From contig JAVEWT010000001.1 of NCBI GenBank assembly GCA_034004425.1, positions 1 through 43,975 of the forward strand: 43,975 bases of DNA. Direction: 5' to 3'. This document shows positions 10,298 to 22,870 of the stretch, piece by piece. A program made the translations under genes and the position numbers. Below the pieces are notes generated by a model. It was not told the DNA's origin. It was given only the letters and a program-made list of their open reading frames with translations, and did not search any database. This DNA comes from Methylophilaceae bacterium. Its GTDB lineage: Bacteria > Pseudomonadota > Gammaproteobacteria > Burkholderiales > Methylophilaceae. Positions within the stretch are counted from its first letter, which is position 1, and every line of letters begins with the position of its first letter.

Positions 10298-10384
10298 GGA
10301 AAGGAATCCGTTTACCATGCGACTTTGTTACATTATTTTACAAATTCGCAACCTTCATTTACATCATTCATTTGGGACAAGTCA

Positions 10385-11401
10385 ATGAGCGACCGCCAAC
10401 TGGCCGACTGGCGCGAACATGCGCTGAAACTGGAATCTGAGATCAACAAGGTGGTCGTGGGACAGGAGTCCCCCATCCGCCTGATTACCACCGCCATCTT
10501 CGCCCGCGGCCACGTGCTGCTAGAAGGCGATGTCGGCGTCGGCAAGACCACACTGTTGCGCGCCTTTACCCGCGGCATCGGCGGCGGCTACCAGCGCATC
10601 GAGGGCACCATCGACCTGATGCCGAACGACCTGGTCTACCACACCTACCTGGGCGAGGACGGCAAGCCGCACGTCAGCCCCGGCCCGCTGCTGATGTCGG
10701 GCGAAGACCTGTCCATCTTCTTCTTCAACGAGATCAACCGCGCGCGTCCGCAGGTGCACTCGCTGCTGCTGCGCGTGATGGCGGAGCGCACGCTGACGGC
10801 ATTCAACAAGGAGCACCACTTCCCTCACATGCTGGTGTTCGCCGACCGCAACCAGGTGGAAAAGGAAGAGACCTTCGATATCCCGTCCGCCGCCCGCGAC
10901 CGCTTCATGATGGAAATCCCCATCGTCGTGCCGGGCGATGCCGCTATCCGCGAAGAACTGATGTTCAATCCCAAGTATCACGATGTCGACGCGCTGGTAA
11001 ACACGGTGCAGCCCGAGATTCTGCAGTTCGATCAGGTCAACGGCGTCGCCCGCATCATCCAGGGCTCGATCGACGCCAGCCAGACCCTGCGCCGTTACGC
11101 GCTTGATCTCTGGACGGCGACCAAGTCGCCGGAACTGTTCGGCGTGCAGGTGCCGGGCGTGGAAATGAGCCGCCTCATCATCTCCGGCGCCAGCCCGCGC
11201 GGCGTCGGCATGCTGCTGTCGGCCGCCCGTGTCAATGCCTGGCTCAACAACCGCACCTCGGTGGTACCGGAAGACATCCACGCCGTGTTCCACGAGACCA
11301 TCGCCCACCGCCTGGTGTTCAGCCCGGTCTACGAGATGCGCCGCACCGAGATCGCACGCGAACTGCTGTCCGGCATCATCAACGCAGTCTCTGCACCCTG
11401 A
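10385..11401 (+). CDS. mxaR: MoxR-family AAA+ ATPase MxaR
   Basis: Start re-assigned to MSDRQLADWR; Walker A GDVGVGKT, Walker B-like FFFNEINRA, ARDRF arginine finger, GASPRG; first gene of an R-S-A-C-K-L run. Confidence 0.9.
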   Translation: MSDRQLADWREHALKLESEINKVVVGQESPIRLITTAIFARGHVLLEGDVGVGKTTLLRAFTRGIGGGYQRIEGTIDLMPNDLVYHTYLGEDGKPHVSPGPLLMSGEDLSIFFFNEINRARPQVHSLLLRVMAERTLTAFNKEHHFPHMLVFADRNQVEKEETFDIPSAARDRFMMEIPIVVPGDAAIREELMFNPKYHDVDALVNTVQPEILQFDQVNGVARIIQGSIDASQTLRRYALDLWTATKSPELFGVQVPGVEMSRLIISGASPRGVGMLLSAARVNAWLNNRTSVVPEDIHAVFHETIAHRLVFSPVYEMRRTEIARELLSGIINAVSAP

Positions 11402-11484
11402 ACGGCAGGCACGGAGCACAGACCGGTGGTCCCCATGATCCACAACAGCCGCACAGCATCTGTCGGACAAAAGAGCCCGGCGCC

Positions 11485-12351
11485 ATGACCGCACTCGACC
11501 AGATCAAGCTGTTCACCTACCACATCGGCTGGCGTTCGCGTGGCCGCCGCCCCGGCAGCCACAACAGCACCCAGCGCGGCATGGGCATGGAGTTCCGCGG
11601 CCATACCACGCTGTTGTCCTACCCGGACCCGCGCCGCATCGACATCCGCCAGACCATCCGCGACCCGCTGGAGCAGGTCTACGTGCGCATCTTCAACCAG
11701 AAGAGCACGACGCCGGTCATCGCGCTGTGCGACATGTCCGGCTCCATGCATTACGGCAGCTACCAGCGAAAGCTGTCGGTCGCCGCCGACATCGTGCAGT
11801 CGGTCGCCAAGTCGGCCAACAGCAACGCCGACTCCTTCACCCTCATCGGCTTCGATGACGAGGTGCGCGAGGACTGGCACTGTCCGGCGAGCTTCAGGCC
11901 GCATCACGCGCTGGAGATGGCCGAGCAACTGCGCGACTATCACCCTGGCGCCAAAGGCAGCAAGGGGCTGCTCGATGTCTCACGCTACCTGCCGCGCGAA
12001 CGCTCGCTGGTATTCCTCATCTCGGATTTCCACATGCCGATGGCCGACCTCGAAGCGGCGCTGGCGCTGATGCTGCGCCACCACATCGTGCCTGTCGTGC
12101 TGTGGGACGAGGCCGAGTACAGGCAGTTGCCGGAATTCGGCATCGCCAGCGTCACCGACCCGGAGAGCGGTGCCAAGCGCACGCTGTTCCTGCGCAAAAG
12201 CTATCGCGACCGCATCATCGCCAATTTCGAGGCACGGCGCGAAGCGATCAAGGCCTTGTTCCTGCGCCTCGACATGCCGCCGCTGTTCATCGAACACGGT
12301 TATGACGCTGATGCGCTGACCGATTATTTCCACCAATACGTGGCTGCCTGA
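11485..12351 (+). CDS. mxaS: MxaS (DUF58 / vWA-like)
   Basis: PGSHNSTQRGMGMEF, DPRRID, DMSGSM, FLISDFH; follows mxaR. Confidence 0.87.
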   Translation: MTALDQIKLFTYHIGWRSRGRRPGSHNSTQRGMGMEFRGHTTLLSYPDPRRIDIRQTIRDPLEQVYVRIFNQKSTTPVIALCDMSGSMHYGSYQRKLSVAADIVQSVAKSANSNADSFTLIGFDDEVREDWHCPASFRPHHALEMAEQLRDYHPGAKGSKGLLDVSRYLPRERSLVFLISDFHMPMADLEAALALMLRHHIVPVVLWDEAEYRQLPEFGIASVTDPESGAKRTLFLRKSYRDRIIANFEARREAIKALFLRLDMPPLFIEHGYDADALTDYFHQYVAA

Positions 12352-12355
12352 ACTC

Positions 12356-13360
12356 ATGAAAACCGCCTTTACATCCATGCAAAAAATCTTCCTGCAATGC
12401 CTCGCGCTCAGTCTGCTGTTCAGCGTCAGCAACGGCCTGATGGCGGACGAAGCCAAGCTGCCGGCGCTGGACCCCAAGCTGGTCAAGCTGCGCATCGCCG
12501 AGCCGGAGCGCGATTCCGGCTACACGGTCGGCGACCTGCTGACGCGCGTGGTCACGATGGAGATTCAGAAGCCGTACAAGCTGGTCGACACCTCGCTGCC
12601 CATCGTCGGCTATGAAAAGCGCTACAAGGGGCAGGTCATCGGCATCGAACTGCGCGACATCCGCAAGGAGGTAGAAGAGAAGTCGTCATCGACTGTTTAC
12701 ACGATCACCCTCACCTATCAGGTGTTCACGCGCAACGTCGTCGCCAAGCCGGCTGCCTTGCCGCCCGAGATCGTCAAGGTGCAGAGCGGCAAGGATATCT
12801 ACGAATACCGAATCCCCAGCTGGAACTTCCGCATCTCGCCGATCGCGGTGTTCGGCGAGGTCAAGCTTGAAAGCGACATGAGTCCTTTCCGCGGCCCGCT
12901 GCTCAAAACCGACCAGCGGGAAAGACAACTGCTACAGGCCGCTCTGGCCGTACTGGCACTGTCCGCCATCGGCCTCTTGTACGTGTTCGGTGTCCACGCA
13001 TGGCTGCCGCGCATGGGCGGTCCTTTCGCCCGCGCCTATCGCCAACTGGGCAAGCTGCGCAAGCTGCCGCCGGACGAAGAAACGCTGAAGCTCGGACTCG
13101 GCTCCGTGCATCAGGCGTTCAACAAGAGCATGGGCAGCAGCGTGTTCGGCGGGAATCTGGAGCAGTTCCTGCAACAGAAGCCGGTATTCGCCGCGATCCG
13201 GCCTGAGATCGAGCAGTTCTTCGAACTGTCGCGCCTCGTGTTCTTCGAACCTTCCGCCAGCCGGCAATACGGCGCGGAAGAGCATGAGTGGCTGCGCCGG
13301 TTTACGCGCCGCTGCCGCGATTGCGAACGCGGCCTGCAACCCGAACCGCAAAAATCATGA
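12356..13360 (+). CDS. mxaA: MxaA (exported, TM-anchored MDH maturation protein)
   Basis: Signal-like N-terminus, RDSGYTVGDLL, one TM segment, PFARAYRQL, C-terminal CRDCER; synteny. Confidence 0.8.
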   Translation: MKTAFTSMQKIFLQCLALSLLFSVSNGLMADEAKLPALDPKLVKLRIAEPERDSGYTVGDLLTRVVTMEIQKPYKLVDTSLPIVGYEKRYKGQVIGIELRDIRKEVEEKSSSTVYTITLTYQVFTRNVVAKPAALPPEIVKVQSGKDIYEYRIPSWNFRISPIAVFGEVKLESDMSPFRGPLLKTDQRERQLLQAALAVLALSAIGLLYVFGVHAWLPRMGGPFARAYRQLGKLRKLPPDEETLKLGLGSVHQAFNKSMGSSVFGGNLEQFLQQKPVFAAIRPEIEQFFELSRLVFFEPSASRQYGAEEHEWLRRFTRRCRDCERGLQPEPQKS

Positions 13361-14343
13361 GTTTTCTCTACCCTAACGTTTTGTGGCTGTTGCCGCTGGC
13401 ACTGTTGCCGCTCCTGCTCGAGCGCTCGCATAGCCGCAGCTACTCGTGGGTGGCGATGCTGCCCGGGGACCCCCTGTCCAACGTCATCGCGGTTTTCCTC
13501 AAACTGCTGGCGGTGATCGCGCTGAGCTTCATCCTGCTGGGCCTGGCGGCGCCGCACACGCCGGAACAGCATGTCGAAAAAACCGGCGTCGGCGCGCAGA
13601 TCGCGCTGGTGCTGGACCGCAGTGCCAGCATGGACGACCCCTTCTCCGGCGCCGGCGTCGGTGGCCGGGTCGGCGAAACCAAGTCCGCCGCCGCAAGCCG
13701 GCTCATCACCGACTTCATCCGCCAGCGCGAGAACGACCTGATCGGCCTCGTCACCTTCAGCAATTCCGCCATGCACGTGCTACCGCTGACCGACAATCGC
13801 GATGCCGTGATCTCGGCCGTGCAGGCCACCGCCAACAACGCGCTGTTCCAGACCAATATCGGCAGTGGCCTGACCAGCGGCACCGCCCTGTTCGAAAAGA
13901 TCCCCAATTCGGGGTCGCGCGCCATCATCCTGCTTTCGGACGGCGCCGGCCGCATCAGCGCCGACGTGCAACAGAAGGTGCGCGACTGGCTCGACCGCAT
14001 GGACATCGGTCTTTACTGGATCGTGCTTAAACAGCCGGGCGGCCTCAGCATCTTCGACGAAAACTATGTGCCGCCTGAGGACGAGGCCCTGCCGCCGGTC
14101 ATCGCGCTGCACGAATATTTTCAGACCCTTAAGACCCCGTTCAACGCCTACGAGGCGGACGACCCGACTTCGCTGGCGAAAGCGATCGCCGACATCAATC
14201 AGAAAGAAAAGAAGCCCATCGTTTATCTGGAAAAAATCCCGGGCAAGAATTACACACGTCACTGTTTCATGCTGGCAGCACTGATGATCGCCCTGCTGCT
14301 CGGCGTCAAATATCTGGAGGTGCGCACATGGCGCTCAGCTTAA
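13357..14343 (+). CDS. mxaC: MxaC (vWA-domain membrane protein)
   Basis: Start MSFLYPNVLW overlaps the mxaA stop (ATGA); MIDAS DRSASM, TNIG, LLSDG; C-terminal TM. Confidence 0.85.
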   Translation: MSFLYPNVLWLLPLALLPLLLERSHSRSYSWVAMLPGDPLSNVIAVFLKLLAVIALSFILLGLAAPHTPEQHVEKTGVGAQIALVLDRSASMDDPFSGAGVGGRVGETKSAAASRLITDFIRQRENDLIGLVTFSNSAMHVLPLTDNRDAVISAVQATANNALFQTNIGSGLTSGTALFEKIPNSGSRAIILLSDGAGRISADVQQKVRDWLDRMDIGLYWIVLKQPGGLSIFDENYVPPEDEALPPVIALHEYFQTLKTPFNAYEADDPTSLAKAIADINQKEKKPIVYLEKIPGKNYTRHCFMLAALMIALLLGVKYLEVRTWRSA

Positions 14344-14864
14344 GAAAAGTCACCTGGACCCTGGCGGTGTTGGCCACCGTCAGCACGATCACGGCAACCT
14401 ATGCCTGGAATCGCATCCATCAGGTACGCAACTTCAATCAGGCCATCCTGGCGGCCAACACACCGGCGACCGATCGCCAGAGCTACGAAGCCAAGTTCTC
14501 CACCGCTTACTGGCTGGCGAAGAACGAGCGCTACAAGGAAGCCACCATGTTGTTCCAGCAACTGGCTGAACACGGCGATTTGAACCAGCGCTCCGCCGTA
14601 CAGCACAATCTCGGCAATATCTTCTTTCTGCGCGGCCTCACGGTGAACGGCAACAGCATGACGGTGCGGGACGAAAGCGAATATCTGTTCCGTCAGGCCA
14701 AGGGTGCCTATGTGCAATCGGTGAAGCTGGACAATCGTCACTGGGATACGCGCCACAACCTCGACCGCGTGATCGGCATGCTGCCCGAAACCCCGACCCC
14801 CGGCGTCGGCGAATCAGACAACCCCGGCCTCATCATGGGCAACATACCGGTGGGCCTGCCGTGA
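14328..14864 (+). CDS. mxaK: MxaK (TPR-like protein)
   Basis: N-terminal TM, HNLGN and WDTRHNLD TPR-like motifs, GLP C-terminus; synteny. Confidence 0.8.
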   Translation: MALSLRKVTWTLAVLATVSTITATYAWNRIHQVRNFNQAILAANTPATDRQSYEAKFSTAYWLAKNERYKEATMLFQQLAEHGDLNQRSAVQHNLGNIFFLRGLTVNGNSMTVRDESEYLFRQAKGAYVQSVKLDNRHWDTRHNLDRVIGMLPETPTPGVGESDNPGLIMGNIPVGLP

Positions 14865-15880
14865 AATACTTCCACCACCTGCAACGCTGGCTGATCCACC
14901 GCCGCGACGCCGCCCTGTTGCTGACGGCATTGCTGCTGCTCGTCATCGCGCTGTTGCAGCCCAGTATCCCGCTCAAACGCAACATCTACAGCTACATCCT
15001 GGTGGCCGATATCTCGCAGAGCATGAACGTCGCCGACATGGGCAGCGAGAGCAAGCCGCTGACCCGCATCGCCCATACGCAGAAGATGATGCACGAGATC
15101 GTCTCCTCGCTGCCTTGCGGCACCAAGGTCAGCGTTGGCCTGTTCGCCGGCGTCAGTATCGCCGCCATGTACACGCCGATCGAGGTCTGCAGCAACTTCG
15201 CCGAGATCAACGACACCATCGACCACCTCGACTGGCGCTCCGGCTGGTCCGGCAACAGCCGCATCCGCGAAAGCCTGCCCAATCTGGCGCGTACGCTGCG
15301 CTCCTTCCCTGAGCCGGCACAAGTGGTCTATTTCACGGATGGCGAAGAAGCACCACGGTTGCACGTGTTCAACAAGCGCGATCTCAGCGGGTTCCAGGGC
15401 GGCGACGACTGGCTGCTGGTCGGTGTCGGCAGCGACAAGGGCACGCCCATCCCAAAGCTGGACGAGAAGAACCAACTGATCGGTTATTGGTCCGGCGATA
15501 GCTTCGCCCTGCAGCCGGGCATCGCGCAGATATCGGAATCCAATATCGGCACGCGCGACGACAATGTTGCCGGCGGCGAAGGCGACCGCTACCTGTCTGT
15601 GCTCGATGAAACCTACCTGAAGGAACTGGCGCAGGAAGTCGATGCCAAGTACGTGCGCGGCGACAAACTGCAGAACATCCTGGCCGCCATGAAAGAACAG
15701 AAACCGGCACGGCGCGACATCGCTCCGTACGAGATCGACTGGGTGCTCGCAAGCGTTGCCGGCATTTTGTTGCTGCTCGCCTACTTCCCGAAACACCCGC
15801 TGCAGCAGACAGGCGAGCGGTTGAAGCGCCTGATGGAACGCTGGAGAAAATCAACGGAGCGCCGGCAGAAATCAGCCTGA
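14861..15880 (+). CDS. mxaL: MxaL (vWA-domain membrane protein)
   Basis: DISQSMNV MIDAS, LPCG, PIEVC, FTDGEEAP, YLSVLDETYLKELA; synteny. Confidence 0.85.
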   Translation: MKYFHHLQRWLIHRRDAALLLTALLLLVIALLQPSIPLKRNIYSYILVADISQSMNVADMGSESKPLTRIAHTQKMMHEIVSSLPCGTKVSVGLFAGVSIAAMYTPIEVCSNFAEINDTIDHLDWRSGWSGNSRIRESLPNLARTLRSFPEPAQVVYFTDGEEAPRLHVFNKRDLSGFQGGDDWLLVGVGSDKGTPIPKLDEKNQLIGYWSGDSFALQPGIAQISESNIGTRDDNVAGGEGDRYLSVLDETYLKELAQEVDAKYVRGDKLQNILAAMKEQKPARRDIAPYEIDWVLASVAGILLLLAYFPKHPLQQTGERLKRLMERWRKSTERRQKSA

Positions 15881-16342
15881 CTCCGGCCTCGCACTTGCCG
15901 GCACCTCCCGCCCCCATTTGAGCCAGACCCGCAGTTGTCTGAAAGCAGCCGGGTCGACGTTGTCCGCCAGCAGCAACAGCGTATGGCATTGACGGCCTTC
16001 CACCGACCGCAGGTTCAGCACCGTCAGCCAGGCGGCGACAAAACTGTCCTCACGCACGGTCACCAGCCGCGTTTGACCATCCCTCCGCTCCATCTCCAGA
16101 CCTGACTCCGGATTCAGGCTCAGCCGCACGATGGCGTCGGGTGCCGTCAGCATGGCATGACGACGATAGGCATGGACGGCAGCGAGGAGGACGAGGCCCA
16201 TCAGCAAGCATTTCAGGAAGACCGGCACCGGCAGGAACAGCAGCACGAGCACAGCGGTCAGAGCGACAAGGCCGATAACCCGGACGAGAAGTGATGAAGG
16301 CATCAACGCGAGTTGCACGGGCTTGGCGCTATAATAGGACAA
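15872..16342 (-). CDS. ygfX: YgfX/CptA-family inner-membrane protein
   Basis: PSSLL, two N-terminal TM helices, SFVAAWLTVL, C-terminal LLADNVDPAAFRQLRVWLKW; divergent from ygfZ; TTG start. Confidence 0.75.
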   Translation of the reverse strand: MSYYSAKPVQLALMPSSLLVRVIGLVALTAVLVLLFLPVPVFLKCLLMGLVLLAAVHAYRRHAMLTAPDAIVRLSLNPESGLEMERRDGQTRLVTVREDSFVAAWLTVLNLRSVEGRQCHTLLLLADNVDPAAFRQLRVWLKWGREVPASARPESG

Positions 16343-16462
16343 ACGATTCCCTTCAGTGGCACAAACGCTACTTTGAAAACGCTACTGTGGCGAATCATAT
16401 CCCGACAGACCGCCCGTGGCGACATTATCAACCCGCGATATCTATCAGTGAACAAACCGATC

Positions 16463-17527
16463 ATGACACAGTGGCATTCATTCCTCATCACCCAACAAGC
16501 GGAGATCGCCGGCCAGCGCGTTCTGCATTTCGGCGATCCGCAACAGGAACTGCAGGCGAGCGCAAACGCTACCGTTCTGGCAGACCTCTCGCATCTTGGC
16601 CTGCTCGACATCGAAGGCGATGACCGCGTGGCCTTCCTGCAGGGCCAATTGACCAACGACATCAAACAACTGGACGGCAGCCACAGTCACTATGCCGGCT
16701 ACTGCACGGCCAAGGGACGCCTGCTGGCGTTATTCCTTGCATTTGCGCACGACGAGAAAATCTACCTGCAGCTGAACCGGCAACTGCTGGAACCCATCAT
16801 GAAACGGCTGAAGATGTACGTGCTGCGCTCCAAGGTCACGATTCATGACGCATCGGACGACATCGTGCGACTCGGCCTTGCCGGCACGGATGCGGAAGCA
16901 CTGCTGCTGCAACACTTCGGCCAGGCGCCGCGGCTTGCGCACGACCAATTGAACCTGCCGGAAGTCCGCATCATCCGCTTGCCCGGTCAACGGCCGCGCT
17001 ACGAGATCTTCGTGACCGCGGACAAGGCACAGGCGCTATGGGAATCATTGCGCCAACAGGCGAGGCCGGCAGGCGCAGCCTGCTGGGACTGGCTGGAAGT
17101 GGAAGCCGGCATTCCGGACATTAGCCCCGCCACGCAAGAAGCCTTTGTGCCGCAGATGGTCAACCTCGACGCACTGGGCGGCATCAGTTTCAAGAAGGGC
17201 TGTTACACCGGCCAGGAAATCGTCGCCCGCACGCATTATCTGGGCAAGGTCAAACGCCGCACGCTGCCCGTGCACATTCCGGCCGGCCTGACTGCTGAAG
17301 CAGGCGACCCGCTCTATGCCGGCACCGGACAGCATGACGACAAAGCGCAAAATGGCAGCGAAGCTGTTGTGGGTATGCTGGTCAGGGTAGCACCGGCGCC
17401 GGACGGCGGCATGGATGCACTGGCAGAATTGCGGATGGAAGCGATGGAAGCGCCAGGTCTCTATCTTACGCAGAACGGCGGAGAAACCTTGAGGCTGGGA
17501 ACCTTGCCCTACGAGCTGCCGGCCTGA
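16463..17527 (+). CDS. ygfZ: Folate-binding Fe-S repair/tRNA-modifying protein YgfZ
   Basis: Start MTQWHSF; FLQGQLTND, PQMVNLD, signature KGCYTGQE. Confidence 0.95.
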   Translation: MTQWHSFLITQQAEIAGQRVLHFGDPQQELQASANATVLADLSHLGLLDIEGDDRVAFLQGQLTNDIKQLDGSHSHYAGYCTAKGRLLALFLAFAHDEKIYLQLNRQLLEPIMKRLKMYVLRSKVTIHDASDDIVRLGLAGTDAEALLLQHFGQAPRLAHDQLNLPEVRIIRLPGQRPRYEIFVTADKAQALWESLRQQARPAGAACWDWLEVEAGIPDISPATQEAFVPQMVNLDALGGISFKKGCYTGQEIVARTHYLGKVKRRTLPVHIPAGLTAEAGDPLYAGTGQHDDKAQNGSEAVVGMLVRVAPAPDGGMDALAELRMEAMEAPGLYLTQNGGETLRLGTLPYELPA

Positions 17528-17538
17528 GTATCAGGCCG
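17520..17538. terminator. Hairpin between convergent ygfZ and ftsB
   Basis: CGGCCTGA-GTA-TCAGGCCG perfect 8-bp stem; only a short T tail. Confidence 0.45.
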
Positions 17539-17555
17539 TTACGTCTTGAGGCCGC

Positions 17556-17876
17556 TCAGTCGGCGACTGCCGGGCTGGCAGGCGTCTCGACCGCCTTGGG
17601 CGTCATGCCTTCGAACACCTGATAGAACACCTCGTCCTGCTTGATCATGCCGAGTTCGCTGCGAGCGCGTTCCTCGATCGCGGCGAAACCCTGCTTGAGG
17701 TCGCGCACCTCGGCATCCACTGCGTCGTTGCGCACCTTCAAGTCAGCGTTGAGCTTCTGCTGTTCGCCGATCTGCCGGTTCAGGTCCCAGACCTTGAGCC
17801 AACTGCCCTTGCCCAGCCACAACGGATATTGCAGCAGGGCAATCAGGACGACGAAAATCAGCGTCAGCGCTCTCAC
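17556..17876 (-). CDS. ftsB: Cell division protein FtsB
   Basis: LQYPLWLGKGSW, coiled coil, IEERARSELGMIK; downstream of eno. Confidence 0.95.
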   Translation of the reverse strand: MRALTLIFVVLIALLQYPLWLGKGSWLKVWDLNRQIGEQQKLNADLKVRNDAVDAEVRDLKQGFAAIEERARSELGMIKQDEVFYQVFEGMTPKAVETPASPAVAD

Positions 17877-17920
17877 AAAAGCTCAATATACGGGCCCGGA
17901 ATCAGCGTGGCTACTGCGGG

Positions 17921-19228
<1,308 letters not shown>

Positions 19229-19283
19229 TTATGGTATTCAGTGCCAATGGTACCGGAATAGATAGCTGTTCCAGTTGCCGGGC

Positions 19284-21763
<2,480 letters not shown>

Positions 21764-21802
21764 TTAATGATTTGCTGAATGAACGCTCAGCGACGGGAGC
21801 CT

Positions 21803-21831
21803 ATTTTACGTCAAAGCCCCCCCGGCGACAA
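21803..21831 (-). promoter_or_regulatory. Candidate sigma-70 promoter of the pyrG operon
   Basis: Minus strand TTGTCG-17 bp-TAAAAT. Confidence 0.55.
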
Positions 21832-21959
21832 ATGAAAAACCTGTGCAGCGACGCTTGACCACGCCCGTTGAAAAAAACGTTGCGGGCGCCTTGCGTCTGC
21901 CCCGGACAAACGGGCGCCGGGTTCTGTCGAGGCACCGTAGCGACCGAATGTCGCAGCGC

Positions 21960-21973
21960 TTGATTTAAATCAA
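21960..21973. promoter_or_regulatory. FNR/Anr-type box
   Basis: TTGATTTAAATCAA is a perfect TTGAT-N4-ATCAA. TAAAAT at 21995-22000 places the box centre near -41.5 (class II). Confidence 0.8.
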
Positions 21974-22055
21974 TACGCCATCCCGGCCCGTCCATAAAAT
22001 TCCAGTCAGGCATCTGCCAGACAAGAACCGCGTCCAAATAATCAGGAGAATTTTC

Positions 22056-22190
22056 ATGTTGATGGATCTATTCGGGACATTTTCCGGCCTGCTCAGCCTC
22101 GGCATCATCGTGTTTGTGATTGCGATGGCCGCCTACCTGGGCTGGCTGTTCACGAAGCTGAGCGCAGAAAAACCGGACAAGGATCAATAA
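22056..22190 (+). CDS. 44-aa single-TM small protein, DUF3149-like
   Basis: Below the ORF-track size cutoff; MLMDLFGTFSGLLSLGIIVFVIAMAAYLGWLFTKLSAEKPDKDQ*; AGGAGA RBS at 22044-22049. Confidence 0.82.
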   Translation: MLMDLFGTFSGLLSLGIIVFVIAMAAYLGWLFTKLSAEKPDKDQ

Positions 22191-22334
22191 GGCCGTTGCG
22201 CACTGCCGTAGCATAAAACAGGCGAATGCCGCTGACATGATGTAGCGCCCTACCGCTGCCCGCGCGCTGTCACACGACGGCAACAATCAGCCGTTATTTT
22301 CCGTGACTGACTCACAGATGACAGGAGCGGGAGT

Positions 22335-22814
22335 ATGGTCTACGAAAAAACGGCGGCGGGTATCGATGAAATCACTGGCGGCCAGCGCAGGCTAACCCCG
22401 AAGCAGCGCCAGGTGCTGATACTGATCGACGGCAAACGCAGCCTCGCCGAAATCGGACAAAGTTTGCCACGGCTGGCGGTGGTCGAGATCGTCGAAGAAC
22501 TGGTTGCACACGGGCTGATTCAGGACCCGCAGCGGCCGCTCAGTCTCGCGCATGCACATGAGGCGGCTGCCGAAGTGGCCGAACCCTCCGCGGAACAGCT
22601 GGCCGAGACCAAAAACATCCTGATCGCCAGCACCACCGAATACCTCGGCCTCATGGGACGCGGCATGACCGAGCAGATCAGTACCGCATCGTCCTACGCG
22701 CAACTGAAGGCCTGCATCTCGCGCTGGCACATGGCGATCCGCGAATCCAAGGGTGGACGCATGATCGCGGACGAACTGATGACCAAGGTGCAGATGACCC
22801 TCAGCAGCAATTAA
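22335..22814 (+). CDS. Hypothetical protein with an N-terminal winged-helix-like region
   Basis: AGGAG RBS; YEKTAAG..EI...LTPKQRQVLILIDGKRS...LVAHGLI pattern; coding-like codon usage. Confidence 0.8.
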   Translation: MVYEKTAAGIDEITGGQRRLTPKQRQVLILIDGKRSLAEIGQSLPRLAVVEIVEELVAHGLIQDPQRPLSLAHAHEAAAEVAEPSAEQLAETKNILIASTTEYLGLMGRGMTEQISTASSYAQLKACISRWHMAIRESKGGRMIADELMTKVQMTLSSN

Positions 22815-22852
22815 ACATCGGCTTCCGCCTTTCATTCGGCTGAAGCCTGTTT
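22813..22852 (+). terminator. Probable intrinsic terminator
   Basis: AAACA..GGCTTC-c-GCC / GGC-t-GAAGCC-TGTTT stem right after the stop codon. Confidence 0.45.
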
Positions 22853-22870
22853 AAAATACTGTGGATCCCC

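Noticed and set aside
10199-10384. Extended N-termini given by the ORF track for mxaR (also fabB, mxaC, ygfZ, mfd and the DUF2934 gene)
   Set aside because: The extensions run through promoter DNA or overlap neighbouring genes; downstream ATGs fit family N-termini and/or RBS better.
21810-21955. Possible sRNA or riboswitch between pyrG and the FNR box
   Set aside because: No recognisable aptamer motif or terminator by eye; an Rfam/Infernal scan would be needed.
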